Below are positions 26,438 to 37,745 of a DNA stretch of 64,000 bases, in pieces. The notes under the pieces were generated by a model, which saw nothing but the letters and a program-made list of their open reading frames with translations, was not told the DNA's origin and ran no database searches. This stretch comes from Thalassolituus hydrocarboniclasticus (GTDB lineage Bacteria; Pseudomonadota; Gammaproteobacteria; Pseudomonadales; Oceanobacteraceae). Where the stretch lies: contig NZ_CP054475.1 of the NCBI RefSeq assembly GCF_025345565.1, forward strand, positions 67,845 through 131,844, written 5' to 3'. Within the stretch, counting starts at the first letter, position 1. Each line of letters begins with the position of its first letter. A program made the position numbers and the translations under genes.

Positions 26438-26602
26438 AAAAATTCCACGATCCGGCGCTTCTCGCCTGGTTTGGTTGCAGTCTAACACAGCCACAATCCG
26501 GAGGATCTGGTCTAAGATCAATAGGGCGGCAGCCGAAGCGGCCGGATCAGGGGCTGTTAAATCAGAATTAACGGGCTCAAATTAGTCAGGAGGAGTGGCG
26601 GT

Positions 26603-27037
26603 ATGTTCCGCAGGTTTTGGAAGTTAATGTCAGCAACGGGACTGATGCTGAGTCTGCTGGTGGCGACAGCAGGTGCGAGCATGGTTGCTCAGGCCGAAGA
26701 CGCGCCGATAGCCAATCAAACCAAATATATTCATCTGGAACCGGCATTTGTGGTGAATTATGGCAGTACCGGGCGGATGAAATATCTGCGTACTGAAATT
26801 GCACTGAAGGTTTCCGGTAACGAAGCGGCAGCGGCGGTCAGCCAGCATAAGCCTTATATCCGCAATAATCTGGTGATGCTGCTGAGTGCGCAGGAATCAG
26901 AAACCATGAACAGCTCACAGGGGCGCGAGTCATTGCGTAAAGTTGCACTGGATGAAGTGCGGGCGCTGATGGTTAAACTGGAAGGCACACCACTGATCGA
27001 CGATTTATATTTCAGTAATTTCGTCGTACAGAATTAA
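26603..27037 (+). CDS. FliL-family (flagellar basal-body-associated-like) periplasmic protein; a non-flagellar paralogue
   Basis: Signal/TM at the N-terminus, then a FliL-like core (YIHLEPAFVVNY…RYLRTEIALKV…IRNNLVMLLS…LYFSNFVVQ). Confidence 0.55.
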   Translation: MFRRFWKLMSATGLMLSLLVATAGASMVAQAEDAPIANQTKYIHLEPAFVVNYGSTGRMKYLRTEIALKVSGNEAAAAVSQHKPYIRNNLVMLLSAQESETMNSSQGRESLRKVALDEVRALMVKLEGTPLIDDLYFSNFVVQN

Positions 27038-27074
27038 GAGCACGAATTAACGGTGCAGAATTCACCGTAAAAAT

Positions 27075-27104
27075 TAAAAAGGGAGGCAATGCCTCCCTTT
27101 TTAT
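27075..27104. terminator. Bidirectional rho-independent terminator shared by the fliL-like gene and gshA
   Basis: aaaaagggaggcaatgcctccctttttatt. Confidence 0.75.
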
Positions 27105-27119
27105 TGTCCGCTGCTCAGC

Positions 27120-28688
27120 TCAGCGCTGCAGGTAATGCGCTAAATATTCGGCAAACGGCTGGTTGTCTGACTGCTCCAGTTCTTCCTGTGCCGTCAGCGA
27201 GTCGCGCGCCATTTGTTGCCATTGCTGGTAGACCTGTGGGCCAAGGTTTTCGCTCAGGGTTTTGCGGTGACGTTCGGCCTGCTGCAGGGTCAGCTCGGCA
27301 AACTCCAGACCACTTTCCTGCAATTGCAGCAGCACCTGCGCTGACGGCGTCAGGCGGCTGTCGGCCAGCTTAAGACGCTGTTGTCCGAGGGTGTCGATAT
27401 GGAAAGTTTCACCGCTGGCGCGGTCCATCATAGTGGCCAGCTCTTTCATCTCGTCGAGTATGGTCATGCCCCATTGCTGCAGGCTGATATCGTTGTTGCC
27501 CTGTTCCAGCATCAGGCCCGGACGACGGCCTTCCATCACGGTTTTTTGCTGGTTGCGTTTGATGCGCCAGTATTCGTCTTCGTCGATATCCGGACTTGGC
27601 TGCAGCAGACACCAGGTCAGGAACAGATCCATAAACTGCATCTGCGGCACATCGATACCCAGCGGCATAAAAGGGTTCACATCGGTGCAGCGCACTTCGA
27701 TGTATTCAACGCCGTATTTATCCAGCGCCTGCAGCGGTTTTTCACCATGGCGGGCAACGCGCTTCGGACGGATATCGCTGTAGTACTCATTTTCGATCTG
27801 CAGCAGGTTGGTGTTCAGCTGCTTATAGTGACCGTGCTCATCCTGCAGGCCAATCTCTTCGTAAGCCTGAACCGGTGCGCCGATCGCTTTGCCAAGGGTT
27901 TTGATATAGCTGTCGACGGTGTTGTGGCACACCATCAGATCTGACTGGGCATTGTTCTGATAACCCAGATCGCTCATGCGCAATGATGTTGCATAAGGCG
28001 CATACAGGCTGTGCTCATTGAGGCGGTCGAGCTTGTGATCACGTCCGGCGAGGAAGCTGGCGCACACCGCCGGGGAGGCGCCGAACAGGTACATCAGCAG
28101 CCATGAATAGCGACGGAAATTACGGATCAGACCAAAATAACGCGCCGAGATATAACTCTGCGGGCTGTATTGATCGCCGCGTTCATCATTGGCCTGCAGC
28201 AGCGGCCAGATTTCCGCCGGCAGCGAGAAATTGTAGTGAATACCGGAAATGGTCTGCATGGTGCGGCCGTAACGGTGCCACAGACCATGGCGGTAAACAT
28301 GCTTGAGCTGGCCGAGGTTAGAACTGCCGTAATGGGCAATCGGAATGCTCATCTCACCCTGCAGAATACAGGGCATGGAGCTTGGCCAGATCAGCTCGCC
28401 GTCCAGCTGTTTGTAAGCAAAACGGTGGGCAATGCTCAGATAAGCATGGGCTTCGTGAGCGCTTGCGAAAACCGGGGTAATAAATTCCAGCAGGGCTTCC
28501 GAATAATCGGTGGTGATGCTCGGATGGGTCAGTGCCGAACCCAGACCTTGCGGATGCGGTTTCTGGCTGATGATGCCCTGAGATGAGCAGCGTAAGCCTT
28601 CTTTTTCGATACCGCGCTGTAAACGTGCCAGCAATGAAAGATGCTGCGGATCGCTGAACAGATTCAGGGCTTGTTGATAGTTAGCCAA
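27120..28688 (-). CDS. gshA: Glutamate–cysteine ligase GshA
   Basis: Extensive identity with E. coli GshA (GIEKEGLR, LGSALTHPxITTDYSEALLEFITPV, MQTISGIHYNFSLP, LFGASPA, YATSLRMSDLGYQN, LQIENEYY, IRPKRV). Confidence 0.92.
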   Translation of the reverse strand: MANYQQALNLFSDPQHLSLLARLQRGIEKEGLRCSSQGIISQKPHPQGLGSALTHPSITTDYSEALLEFITPVFASAHEAHAYLSIAHRFAYKQLDGELIWPSSMPCILQGEMSIPIAHYGSSNLGQLKHVYRHGLWHRYGRTMQTISGIHYNFSLPAEIWPLLQANDERGDQYSPQSYISARYFGLIRNFRRYSWLLMYLFGASPAVCASFLAGRDHKLDRLNEHSLYAPYATSLRMSDLGYQNNAQSDLMVCHNTVDSYIKTLGKAIGAPVQAYEEIGLQDEHGHYKQLNTNLLQIENEYYSDIRPKRVARHGEKPLQALDKYGVEYIEVRCTDVNPFMPLGIDVPQMQFMDLFLTWCLLQPSPDIDEDEYWRIKRNQQKTVMEGRRPGLMLEQGNNDISLQQWGMTILDEMKELATMMDRASGETFHIDTLGQQRLKLADSRLTPSAQVLLQLQESGLEFAELTLQQAERHRKTLSENLGPQVYQQWQQMARDSLTAQEELEQSDNQPFAEYLAHYLQR

Positions 28689-28815
28689 AGTCGCCTCGGG
28701 GCAGAAACGGAGATCGCCGGATTATAGGGGGAAAAGCAACAACAACGATACAATCACGCTGTTGTTGCCGGTGGTTAAGAGTGTTGCAGGCTGAGTCCGA
28801 GGCCTGACACCCGTG

Positions 28816-31155
28816 TTACTTCTTCGCCTTGGCAAAGGCGGCGGCTAAGGCACCGGCCATAGCCCCCTGAGCCTGGGCTTTATCGCCGAAGCTGTTGCGG
28901 TTTGGCGCACCGTTCGCCCGTTGACCGTTGCGTTGCGGTTTCTCTCCCGCCACACGGCCCGCCGCCTGTTCGTTGGCATCGTCGCTCATACGCATGGACA
29001 GACCGATACGCTTGCGCGCGACGTCCACTTCCATCACTTTAACCTTGACGATATCACCGGCTTTCACCACATCGCGCGGGTCTTTGACGAAGGTGTCGGA
29101 CAGCGCCGAGATGTGAACCAGACCATCCTGATGCACGCCGATATCGACGAAGGCACCGAAGGCGGCGACGTTGGTGATCACCCCTTCGAGCACCATGTTC
29201 GGCTTCAGGTCTTTGATCTCTTCCACGCCCTCTTTGAATTCGGCGAATTTGAATTCCGGACGCGGATCGCGGCCCGGTTTCTGCAGTTCGCTGAGAATAT
29301 CTTTAACGGTAATCTCACCGACTTTATCGTCGGTAAATTGCGCAGCATTAACCGACTTCAGCAGCGCGCCATCGCCGACCAGGCTGGCAACATCACGCGA
29401 GAACTGGTGTGCGATTTTCTCCACCACCGGATAAGACTCCGGGTGCACCGCGGAGGCGTCGAGCGGGTTTTTGCCGTTCATAATACGCAGGAAGCCGGCC
29501 GCCTGTTCGAAGGTTTTGTCACCCAGACGCGGTACTTTCAGCAGGTCTTTACGCGACTGGAAAGCACCGTTGGCATCGCGGAAGGCGACGATGTTGGACG
29601 CCAGCGTCGGGTTCAGACCGGATACCCGGGTCAGCAGCGGTACGGAAGCGGTGTTCAGATCGACGCCGACCGAGTTCACACAGTCTTCCACTACCGCGTC
29701 CAGCGAGCGCGCCAGCTGGCTCTGGTTGACGTCGTGCTGATATTGACCGACACCGATGGATTTCGGTTCGATTTTCACCAGCTCGGCCAGCGGGTCCTGC
29801 AGACGACGGGCAATGGATACCGCTCCACGAATGGTTACATCCAGATCGGGGAATTCTTTCGCCGCCAGTTCAGACGCCGAGTAAACGGAAGCACCGGCTT
29901 CGTTCACCATCACTTTCTGCACGTGCTTCAGTGCCGGCTGGGCTTTGATCATATCACCCACAAACTTGTCGGTTTCACGTGAGCCGGTACCGTTACCGAT
30001 GGAGATCAGTTCGACATTGTGTTTGGCAATCAGCGCGCTCAGTACCGCCGCCGATTCGGCCAGACGATTCTGCGGTGGCGTCGGATAAATAGTGGCGTGA
30101 TCCACCACTTTACCGGTGTTATCGACCACGGCGACTTTTACCCCGGTACGCAGACCCGGATCGAGGCCCATGGTGGCTTTGCGCCCGGCCGGTGCCGCCA
30201 GCAGCAGATCTTTGAGGTTATCGGCGAACACCTTAATGGCCGCTTCTTCTGCGCGCTCACGCACATCACCAACCAGTTCGGTTTCGAGATGGGTCAGCAG
30301 CTTAATGCGCCAGGTCCATTTCACCACTTCGGCCAGCCAGCGGTCGGCGGCGCGGTTTTCATTTGTGATGCCGAACTGTTCGGCGATCATGGCTTCGCAC
30401 GGGCTGGCGGCCAGTTTGTCTTCAGGGTCGCCGGTCACCAGCGAGAAGCTCAGCACGCCTTCGTTGCGGCCACGCAGAATGGCGAGTGCACGGTGGCTGG
30501 GTACGTTTTTCAGTGCTTCGTCGTGTTCGAAATAGTCGGCGAATTTGGCACCCGCACCTTCCTGACCAGGAACAACACGCACGGACAGGGTGGCTTCTTT
30601 CTGCATAAAGTCGCGCAGTCTGGCCAACAGGTTGGCGTCTTCAGCGAAACGCTCCATGAGAATGTATTTGGCGCCGTCTAAGGCGGCTTTGGTGTCGGCC
30701 ACGCCTTGTTCGCTGTTGAGGAATTTTGCGGCTTCCGCTTCCGGATCCAGGTTCGGGTCGGCCAGCAGAGATTCGGCCAGTGGCTGCAGACCGGCTTCGA
30801 TGGCGATCTGGCCTTTGGTGCGGCGCTTGGGTTTGTACGGCAGATACAGGTCTTCGAGGCGGGTTTTGGTGTCGGCTTTAAGGATCTCACCTTTCAGCTC
30901 GTCGCTCAGTTTGCCCTGCTCTTCGATGCTTTTCAGGATTGAGGCGCGGCGGTCTTCCATCTCGCGCAGGTAGCGCAGGCGCTCTTCCAGCGTACGCAGC
31001 TGAGTGTCATCCAGCGAGCCGGTGACTTCTTTACGGTAACGGGAAATAAAGGGCACGGTGGCACCTTCATCCAGCAGCGCGACTGCGGCTGCAACCTGTT
31101 GTGGGCGGATGCCCAGTTCTTCTGCAATACGGGAACCGATGGATTCGTGACTCAT
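28816..31155 (-). CDS. tex: Transcription accessory protein Tex (YqgF/HhH/S1 domains). The start is reassigned to MSHESIG….
   Basis: Aligns with E. coli Tex from the N-terminus (…[34 protein letters not shown]…) through the C-terminal S1 domain ([26 protein letters not shown]). Confidence 0.9.
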   Translation of the reverse strand: MSHESIGSRIAEELGIRPQQVAAAVALLDEGATVPFISRYRKEVTGSLDDTQLRTLEERLRYLREMEDRRASILKSIEEQGKLSDELKGEILKADTKTRLEDLYLPYKPKRRTKGQIAIEAGLQPLAESLLADPNLDPEAEAAKFLNSEQGVADTKAALDGAKYILMERFAEDANLLARLRDFMQKEATLSVRVVPGQEGAGAKFADYFEHDEALKNVPSHRALAILRGRNEGVLSFSLVTGDPEDKLAASPCEAMIAEQFGITNENRAADRWLAEVVKWTWRIKLLTHLETELVGDVRERAEEAAIKVFADNLKDLLLAAPAGRKATMGLDPGLRTGVKVAVVDNTGKVVDHATIYPTPPQNRLAESAAVLSALIAKHNVELISIGNGTGSRETDKFVGDMIKAQPALKHVQKVMVNEAGASVYSASELAAKEFPDLDVTIRGAVSIARRLQDPLAELVKIEPKSIGVGQYQHDVNQSQLARSLDAVVEDCVNSVGVDLNTASVPLLTRVSGLNPTLASNIVAFRDANGAFQSRKDLLKVPRLGDKTFEQAAGFLRIMNGKNPLDASAVHPESYPVVEKIAHQFSRDVASLVGDGALLKSVNAAQFTDDKVGEITVKDILSELQKPGRDPRPEFKFAEFKEGVEEIKDLKPNMVLEGVITNVAAFGAFVDIGVHQDGLVHISALSDTFVKDPRDVVKAGDIVKVKVMEVDVARKRIGLSMRMSDDANEQAAGRVAGEKPQRNGQRANGAPNRNSFGDKAQAQGAMAGALAAAFAKAKK

Positions 31156-31244
31156 AACACTCTCAGGGGAAACGATAAAACCGGGGGGGAGTATAACGGA
31201 CTTGTGGGCCGGGCTCATGTGCTGAGCCCGGCAAAAAGTATGAC

Positions 31245-32756
31245 TTACTTCTTGGCTTTGGTGATGTCGCGGTCGTAATTCAGACGCTTGGCGGCATCGA
31301 GGGTCAGCATCTGCATAAAGGCTTTGGTTTCGGCATCGGAGCCAACCGGTGCGCCGCCGCTGCCATTGCCACCAAAGACGTTGGTTGGCACCTGACGTTT
31401 GGCAAAGGCTTCGGCCCAGAGTTTCTGAATTTCAACTTCGGCCTGCAGCTTCTGTGCGAGGGCGTTATCGGCCTGCAGAATCACTTTCTTCTGATAAGCT
31501 TCAGCGTCCGCCAGAGTACGCTGGGTTTCGGCTTCGATGCGCGCTTTTTCCAGTTCGATCTGGGCCGTTTCTTTGGCAATTTCAGCCTGCTCTTTCAGCT
31601 TTTCGGCACCGGTAATGGCCAGCTGTTTTTCAGTTTCCGCTTCGGTGGTGTGCTGAATCTGTTCTACCTTGGCTTTGGCCTGACGCTCGGCCACTTCGCG
31701 CTCACCTTTAGCGATGGCCAGCAGGCGCTGTTCTTCTTCCTGAATACGCTGCTCGCGGGCAATCGCACGGTCGGCGGATGCTTTCTGCTTCAGCTGCATA
31801 CGTTCAACGAATTTCTTGTTAGGGCGCATATCGGTGACGCGGGCATCCAGTACGGTAATGCCGAAGTTGGTGAACTTCTGCACTTTGCGCTTTGGAATGC
31901 CGTTTTCGTCGACTTGTTTCATAACCACAAATTCGATTTTGGTTTCGTCGCCGTAATCCTGTTGCTCTTCGCCCAGTGCGGCATTGGCAGAGGATTTTTG
32001 TTTACGGTTGCTGCGGCTGAGTTGCTCTTCCCGTTTGACGATATAAATCCCGTTAGCCATCTGATTTTCAAATTCAGAGTTAAAGCCGGAACGGCCACCG
32101 GAATAATATTCTTCAGCACCCATCAGCGATGCGGTGGACTGCAGCGTTTCTTTAAAGGCCGGAATCAGCGCGGTGCGCAGCAGATTTTCCGGAGAACGGT
32201 ATTCGTGGGCGAGTTTGAGGAAGTTCTCCTGATCCTGCGGGATGGAAAAACGCACGGTGGCTTCGGCATCAGCATCCACCTGATCAAGGAACATAATGTT
32301 CAGTGGTGGCAGCAGCGCACTGGCAAAGGCATCGTCACGCTCGGCTGTCAGTTCTTCGCGTTTGCCGACAACGGCCTGTACCGTCATCGAGCGTTTCCAG
32401 GCGTTATAACGGCCGAACAGGTAAGTGTTGTAGCCCACGTCTGAGACTACTTTTTCTTCACCGGTGATGGTGCGCACGTGGTAGACAAAACCGGGCTCAG
32501 CGTAGAAAAACACCTGATTGAACATGCCAAACGCAAAAGAAATAACCGCAGCAATTACCAGCGACGGCGCAACCTGCTGGGGAATATCGTAAGTGATGGA
32601 GTCAAGTCGGCTGCTGATATCTTCAGCATCCACGCCCTGAGACTCCAGCTCACTGCGCATACGCTCAACTTTCATGTGCTGGGCAGCACGGAAAAAACCC
32701 AATGCGATAATAGCGGCAATACAGAGTATGCCAGTAAGAATGCCCCAGAAGGCCAT
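31245..32756 (-). CDS. SPFH/band-7 (flotillin-like, YqiK-type) membrane protein with a long coiled-coil tail
   Basis: Two N-terminal TM segments, an SPFH-like core, and an E/K/A/Q-rich coiled coil (…[66 protein letters not shown]…). Confidence 0.65.
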   Translation of the reverse strand: MAFWGILTGILCIAAIIALGFFRAAQHMKVERMRSELESQGVDAEDISSRLDSITYDIPQQVAPSLVIAAVISFAFGMFNQVFFYAEPGFVYHVRTITGEEKVVSDVGYNTYLFGRYNAWKRSMTVQAVVGKREELTAERDDAFASALLPPLNIMFLDQVDADAEATVRFSIPQDQENFLKLAHEYRSPENLLRTALIPAFKETLQSTASLMGAEEYYSGGRSGFNSEFENQMANGIYIVKREEQLSRSNRKQKSSANAALGEEQQDYGDETKIEFVVMKQVDENGIPKRKVQKFTNFGITVLDARVTDMRPNKKFVERMQLKQKASADRAIAREQRIQEEEQRLLAIAKGEREVAERQAKAKVEQIQHTTEAETEKQLAITGAEKLKEQAEIAKETAQIELEKARIEAETQRTLADAEAYQKKVILQADNALAQKLQAEVEIQKLWAEAFAKRQVPTNVFGGNGSGGAPVGSDAETKAFMQMLTLDAAKRLNYDRDITKAKK

Positions 32757-32863
32757 AACAGTTCCTTGTTTTCAGAGTTGTCAGAATTTTGGAAGGCGGA
32801 GTCTAACGGCGGATGCCTGTCAGCTCAATGCGCAGAAGATGCAGTTGTGACGCTTGTCAAAAG

Positions 32864-32897
32864 CAATAAAAAACGGGAGCCGAAGCTCCCGTTTTTT
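32864..32897. terminator. Bidirectional rho-independent terminator, copy A of an identical 34-bp element (caataaaaaacgggagccgaagctcccgtttttt)
   Basis: Read directly. The same 34 bp recurs at 35949-35982. Confidence 0.8.
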
Positions 32898-32911
32898 CAG
32901 TTATCTGACAA

Positions 32912-34498
32912 TTACAGCGTGTACCAGAGCTGGTAGTTAAAACTGTCCGGGCCGCCATTATCCGGTGAGCAGGCCATCAGGGTGTAGCTGCCATTTTCGG
33001 AGGTGATAATGCGCGAAACAGGCCAGCAAATATCAGCTTCACCGTCTTCGCTCAGTACCAGTGAGCCATGACGCTCGGTGAAGTTAATGGAGGCTGGGGT
33101 GTCGCCGAGGTCATCCGGATCGTATTTGCAGATATCGTTGTTGCCAGCGTTGTCCAGTTTTGCTCCACCGCTGTAAACCGCCAGACAGACGCCACTGACA
33201 GCATCGTAAATCCCATATAACGATTGACTAAAAAAGTTAGCGGCGAGACTGCTGTCAAAGTAAGGAATCAACAGCTGGGTTGTACCTTCCTCTGCGGCAG
33301 AGGTAGTCACCAGTGCACCACGGATTCCGGCGTTATTGCTTTTCAGGGTCAGGGTGTCGGAGAAGGTGGTAACGCCGTCTTTGTGAGTACCAGAGTAGGT
33401 CAGTGTGTTGCCTGATGCAGACCAGGTAAAAGTACCGGAATCGGTGTTGCCACTGCCGGCGATGCCATCTGTATAGCTCTGGTAGGAGCCGGTGCCGTTT
33501 ACCTTGTCGAATTTAAGTTCACCGAAACTGCTGCTGCCAACCGTGACCAGCCGGTAGTTGTCGGCAATCAGGTTGTCGCTCAGTTCAGTAATGACGCGTT
33601 CCAGGTGGATAAACTCATCGGTGGTACAGGTGGCATCGTAGGCGTACTCACTGGAGCGCAGCACGGTGCAGCGATCGGCGAATTCACCATTGCTGTAGAT
33701 GGTAAGCACCCGCTCAGAAAACTCATAGGTGTAGGAGGCGCTGGAAACACGACAATTACGTTTTACGGATGCTTCAGTTGGTGCACGGTAAAAGTCGTCG
33801 TCAGTGCAGTTTGAATAACTGACCGCAGTCATATTGCCATTACTTTCGTAGGTATATTTGTAGCGGATTTCACCGTTGTCATTACGCTCCAGCCAGGTGC
33901 CGGTCAGTTGCAGTCCGGCATTAATAGCGATGAGGCTTTGTTCGAAGTGAGCCAGAGCATCTTCTTCGGAGATCAGCTCAAGTTCGGGTGTATAAGGAAA
34001 AGCGGCACTGAGTAACGCGCTGCTGAAATCGGCCGAATCAGCGGCTAAATCCAACCCGGAAATATCCGCTTCGCTGCCCTGAGGAAATGGCTGCAATGTA
34101 ATACCGTTTTGCGGGTTGCCATCGCTATCGAGGTTTTGTAACAGCACCAGCGTATTTTTCACCCGCTGATCATTCATATCGGTGGTGTTGAATAAATCCA
34201 GTGGTGTCAGGGTGCCGGTGCCTGCAGGAATAGTGATGCTGCCGAGAGTCAGGCCTTCAAAACTGAAGGTGGTGGTTTCGCCCGGTTCATACGGGAAAGC
34301 GCCCAGCGTATTGGTCGTGCCCTGATAGCTGGGCGAACTGTAATTCAGCCCGGCTACGCCTGAATCAACGAATAATGCGGTATTCACCGGCGTGCTGTTG
34401 TCATCATCGTTGTCACTGTCACCACTACCGCCGCCACCGCCACCACAGGCGGTGAGAAGGCTGCAGCCGGAGACAAATATAAGAGGTAATAATTTCAT
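32912..34498 (-). CDS. Hypothetical Cys-rich secreted lipoprotein (lower GC)
   Basis: Lipobox LLTAC plus a GGGGGGSGDSDNDDDN linker. No recognisable domain. Many Cys, Tyr and Thr. Confidence 0.55.
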   Translation of the reverse strand: MKLLPLIFVSGCSLLTACGGGGGGSGDSDNDDDNSTPVNTALFVDSGVAGLNYSSPSYQGTTNTLGAFPYEPGETTTFSFEGLTLGSITIPAGTGTLTPLDLFNTTDMNDQRVKNTLVLLQNLDSDGNPQNGITLQPFPQGSEADISGLDLAADSADFSSALLSAAFPYTPELELISEEDALAHFEQSLIAINAGLQLTGTWLERNDNGEIRYKYTYESNGNMTAVSYSNCTDDDFYRAPTEASVKRNCRVSSASYTYEFSERVLTIYSNGEFADRCTVLRSSEYAYDATCTTDEFIHLERVITELSDNLIADNYRLVTVGSSSFGELKFDKVNGTGSYQSYTDGIAGSGNTDSGTFTWSASGNTLTYSGTHKDGVTTFSDTLTLKSNNAGIRGALVTTSAAEEGTTQLLIPYFDSSLAANFFSQSLYGIYDAVSGVCLAVYSGGAKLDNAGNNDICKYDPDDLGDTPASINFTERHGSLVLSEDGEADICWPVSRIITSENGSYTLMACSPDNGGPDSFNYQLWYTL

Positions 34499-34776
34499 GG
34501 CCGAATTCCTTATTTATTCGATATCAACATTGGCAGATCATCTGCCAACAGCCGTTCTGCCGATATCATTACCCGCATAGTCTGAACCGGCATCCCCCAT
34601 ATGGGGGATATGGGTGGACAGGACGATGTGAGCGGGTATTCTTTTATGACTGATATTTATGAAATCTGATAGCGATAGCCGTATGAATATATTCTGCTGC
34701 AGCAATGTCAGGAAATTTATCAGGGCTTAACCGGAATACGTCTGCTATCTGGCCTTGCCCGTTGTCTGGAGTTGTT

Positions 34777-35934
34777 ATGCAGGAAGATTTACTGGATTTT
34801 GTCGGGGATATTTATGAAGCCTCGTATAAGCCCGGGCACTGGGAAGTGGTGATGGCAAAACTCTGTCAGCTTACCGGGTCAAAATCCAGTGTTCTCATCA
34901 TCGAAAATCAGAAGTCCGGTAACCGGCAGATTATCAGTATTTATGGCATCAGCCGGATTCTTGCTGTTGCTTATAATGCCGGGCTTGGGCGCTACGACAA
35001 TACGTTTTCACTGGTAAAAACCAAAATTAATGATGTCACTATTTTGCCCTCGCAGGAGCTTAAACAGAATAACCCTTCGTATTATCAGTTTATTCTGAAG
35101 CCTGCCGATATTGGCCATATCTCGGTTGTTGATTTACACAAAGACAGTGATATCCGTATTGGTATGGCAGTGCACCGATCGCTGAATGCGCCGGGTTACA
35201 GCAACAACGAAACCAATATTCTGCGGCTGATTTCTCCGCATATCTGCCGTGCGGTTCTGATTCAGCGCGAGTTAGGCAATGCCCGCAGTGAAGCCCGTAA
35301 TATGATGTCGCTGGTATCTAAAATTCCGATGGGCATGTTGCTGGTGGGTCAGGATGGCACGGTAAAATTCTGCAATTCAGTGGCGCAACATGTGCTCGGC
35401 AGACATAAAGGATTGTCGTTGGCCGAAGATAAATTACAGGCACATAGCCGCGAAAGTCAGAAGCAGCTGGATTCAGCTCTGCAGGATGTGCTGGATGCTT
35501 TGCATCATCGCTCTGAGTCAGCCGCTGCGGTGAGAACCGTTTCATTTTCTCATCCGCATGCCTCCTTCCCGTTAGTATTGTTTATTTCTTCGGTGCAGGA
35601 GCCGGGAAGTCATTTTACTGTGCCGGATGAAGAGCGTTGTGCCAGGGTATATATCAGTGATCCCGGCGGGCAGATGAATATTTCGGCGGCACAGATAGCG
35701 GATGTTTTTGCTCTGACCAATGCTGAAGCTCAGGTGACGTTATGCCTGGTGAACGGACTTAAGCTGGCAGATATTGCAGAACATAATGGTACTGCGCTGG
35801 AAACCGTCCGCAGCCAGCTGAAGTCGGTGTTTTACAAGCTGGGGGTGAATACGCAGCAGGATGTTATCCGGATTATTATTCAGACCATGATGCCGCTGAC
35901 TGGCGGCGCGCAGGAATATCAACCGGGCGGTTAA
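34777..35934 (+). CDS. LuxR/FixJ-family transcriptional regulator (C-terminal HTH, with an uncharacterised PAS-like sensor N-domain). The start is reassigned to ATG 34777.
   Basis: RBS ggagttgttATG. C-terminal LuxR-type HTH (…LTNAEAQVTLCLVNGLKLADIAEHNGTALETVRSQLKSVFYKLGV…). It diverges from the lipoprotein gene. Confidence 0.7.
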   Translation: MQEDLLDFVGDIYEASYKPGHWEVVMAKLCQLTGSKSSVLIIENQKSGNRQIISIYGISRILAVAYNAGLGRYDNTFSLVKTKINDVTILPSQELKQNNPSYYQFILKPADIGHISVVDLHKDSDIRIGMAVHRSLNAPGYSNNETNILRLISPHICRAVLIQRELGNARSEARNMMSLVSKIPMGMLLVGQDGTVKFCNSVAQHVLGRHKGLSLAEDKLQAHSRESQKQLDSALQDVLDALHHRSESAAAVRTVSFSHPHASFPLVLFISSVQEPGSHFTVPDEERCARVYISDPGGQMNISAAQIADVFALTNAEAQVTLCLVNGLKLADIAEHNGTALETVRSQLKSVFYKLGVNTQQDVIRIIIQTMMPLTGGAQEYQPGG

Positions 35935-35948
35935 TGCCGGCATAAAAA

Positions 35949-35982
35949 CAATAAAAAACGGGAGCCGAAGCTCCCGTTTTTT
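35949..35982. terminator. Bidirectional rho-independent terminator, copy B of the identical 34-bp element, shared by the luxR-like gene and pckA
   Basis: caataaaaaacgggagccgaagctcccgtttttt, identical to 32864-32897. Confidence 0.8.
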
Positions 35983-36001
35983 ATTGGCCGCTAAGCAGGA
36001 A

Positions 36002-37540
36002 TTAATCCAGCTGCGGGCCAGCAGCAACGATGGCGTCAGAGACATCGTACTTTTTGAAGTTTTCCACAAACTGGGCAGCCAGATTGCGGGCAGCTTCGTC
36101 GTACTTGTCGGCATCGGCCCAGGTGTTGCGTGGGTTCAGCAGTTTGCTGTCAACGCCTTCCAGAGTCTTAGGAACCAGCAGGTTGAACACAGGGACAGTC
36201 TCGGTTTCAACGCCGCGCAGTTTGCCGTTCTGGATTGCAGAGATCACTGCACGGGTCGTCGGGATGCTGAAACGCTCACCGCCGGCACCGTTAGCGCCGC
36301 CAGTCCAGCCGGTGTTAACCAGATAAACCTGAGAGTCGAATTCGGTAACGCGCTTGATCAGCAGTTCCGCGTATTCGCCAGCCGGACGTGGGAAGAATGG
36401 CGCGCCGAAGCAGGTAGAGAAAGTAGACTTCAGACCTTTGCTGCCGCCCATCTCGGTAGAACCAACCAGTGCGGTGTAACCGGACAGGAAGTGGTAAGCC
36501 GCCTGTTCTTTGGTCAGGATAGAAACAGGTGGCAGTACACCGGTCATATCACAGGTCAGGAAGATAACCGCTTTAGGTTCGCCGGCCATGTTTTCCAGAA
36601 CGCGTTTTTCAACGTGCTCCAGCGGGTAGGCGCAACGGGTGTTTTCGGTTTTGGAAACGTCGGTGTAATCGGCAACACGGGTAACCGGATCGATCACAAC
36701 GTTTTCAACGATGGCGCCGAATTTGATGGCGTTCCAGATGATCGGCTCGTTTTTCTGAGACAGATCGATGGTTTTCGCGTAGCAGCCGCCTTCGATGTTG
36801 AATACGGTGCCTTTGCCCCAGCCGTGCTCGTCGTCACCAATCAGGAAACGCTCAGGGTCAGCAGACAGGGTGGTCTTACCGGTACCGGACAGACCGAAGA
36901 ACAGACAGGTGTCGCCGTCATCGCCAACGTTGGCGGAGCAGTGCATTGGCAGCACGTCTTTTTCCGGCAGCAGGAAGTTCTGCACGCCGAACATGGCTTT
37001 CTTCATTTCACCGGCGTAACGCATACCGGCCAGCAGTACTTTGCGCTGGGCGAAGTTCAGGATAACTGCGCCGTCGGAGTTGGTGCCGTCACGCTCAGGA
37101 ACACATTCGAAACCCGGTACGTTCAGGATCTGCCACTCTTCTTTGTCAGAAGGGTTGTAGCTTTCCGGACGGATAAACAGGTTGCGGCCAAACAGGTTCT
37201 GCCAGGCAGTCTGAGTGGTCATTTTAACCGGCAGGTAATGCTGCGGATCAGAACCCACGTGTACGTGTGACACGAAGCTGTCGTGCTGGGCCAGATACTC
37301 TTCCACGCGTTCCCACAGAGCATCGAACTTGTCGGCGTCGAATGGGCGGTTGATGTTACCCCAGTCGATGGCGTCTTTGCTGCTTGGCTCTTCGACGATG
37401 AAGCGGTCCATCGGAGAACGGCCGGTACGGATACCGGTTTCAACAACCAGTGCGCCGTTGTCCTGCAGCTGGCCTTCGCCACGCAGGATTGCTTGTTCTA
37501 CCAGTAACGGTGTCGATAAATCGGTGTAAACAGTGGTCAT
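36002..37540 (-). CDS. pckA: Phosphoenolpyruvate carboxykinase (ATP)
   Basis: Kinase-1a loop [11 protein letters not shown]. Strong PckA similarity throughout (…GDDEHGW…NIEGGCYAK…). Confidence 0.95.
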   Translation of the reverse strand: MTTVYTDLSTPLLVEQAILRGEGQLQDNGALVVETGIRTGRSPMDRFIVEEPSSKDAIDWGNINRPFDADKFDALWERVEEYLAQHDSFVSHVHVGSDPQHYLPVKMTTQTAWQNLFGRNLFIRPESYNPSDKEEWQILNVPGFECVPERDGTNSDGAVILNFAQRKVLLAGMRYAGEMKKAMFGVQNFLLPEKDVLPMHCSANVGDDGDTCLFFGLSGTGKTTLSADPERFLIGDDEHGWGKGTVFNIEGGCYAKTIDLSQKNEPIIWNAIKFGAIVENVVIDPVTRVADYTDVSKTENTRCAYPLEHVEKRVLENMAGEPKAVIFLTCDMTGVLPPVSILTKEQAAYHFLSGYTALVGSTEMGGSKGLKSTFSTCFGAPFFPRPAGEYAELLIKRVTEFDSQVYLVNTGWTGGANGAGGERFSIPTTRAVISAIQNGKLRGVETETVPVFNLLVPKTLEGVDSKLLNPRNTWADADKYDEAARNLAAQFVENFKKYDVSDAIVAAGPQLD

Positions 37541-37745
37541 ATATCGGTGCCCAAACGGGTCCTCATAATTAGCGCACGGCTTGTGGCCATACTCTGATGT
37601 TCTCTATACCGCCCTGAGGGTACACGGGCGAACCCAAAGTTGAAGGCGCGTGATTATGCCAGAAAATTGGTTAAACGCTAAGCCCTGTCTTTTGCGGTGA
37701 AATGGCTGTCCCGAAAAGTCCCCTGACGGGGACCCCGTGTCTGCC

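Noticed and set aside
28921-30973. Large plus-strand ORFs (353 aa, 220 aa, 139 aa, 127 aa) within tex
   Set aside because: Antisense to Tex, which aligns end-to-end with E. coli Tex.
31650-32444. 264-aa plus-strand ORF inside the SPFH-domain gene
   Set aside because: Antisense. Low-complexity Phe/Leu/Gly-rich translation.
35984-37270. 428-aa plus-strand ORF overlapping pckA
   Set aside because: Antisense to PckA, which is strongly conserved. Val/Gly/Phe-rich artefact.
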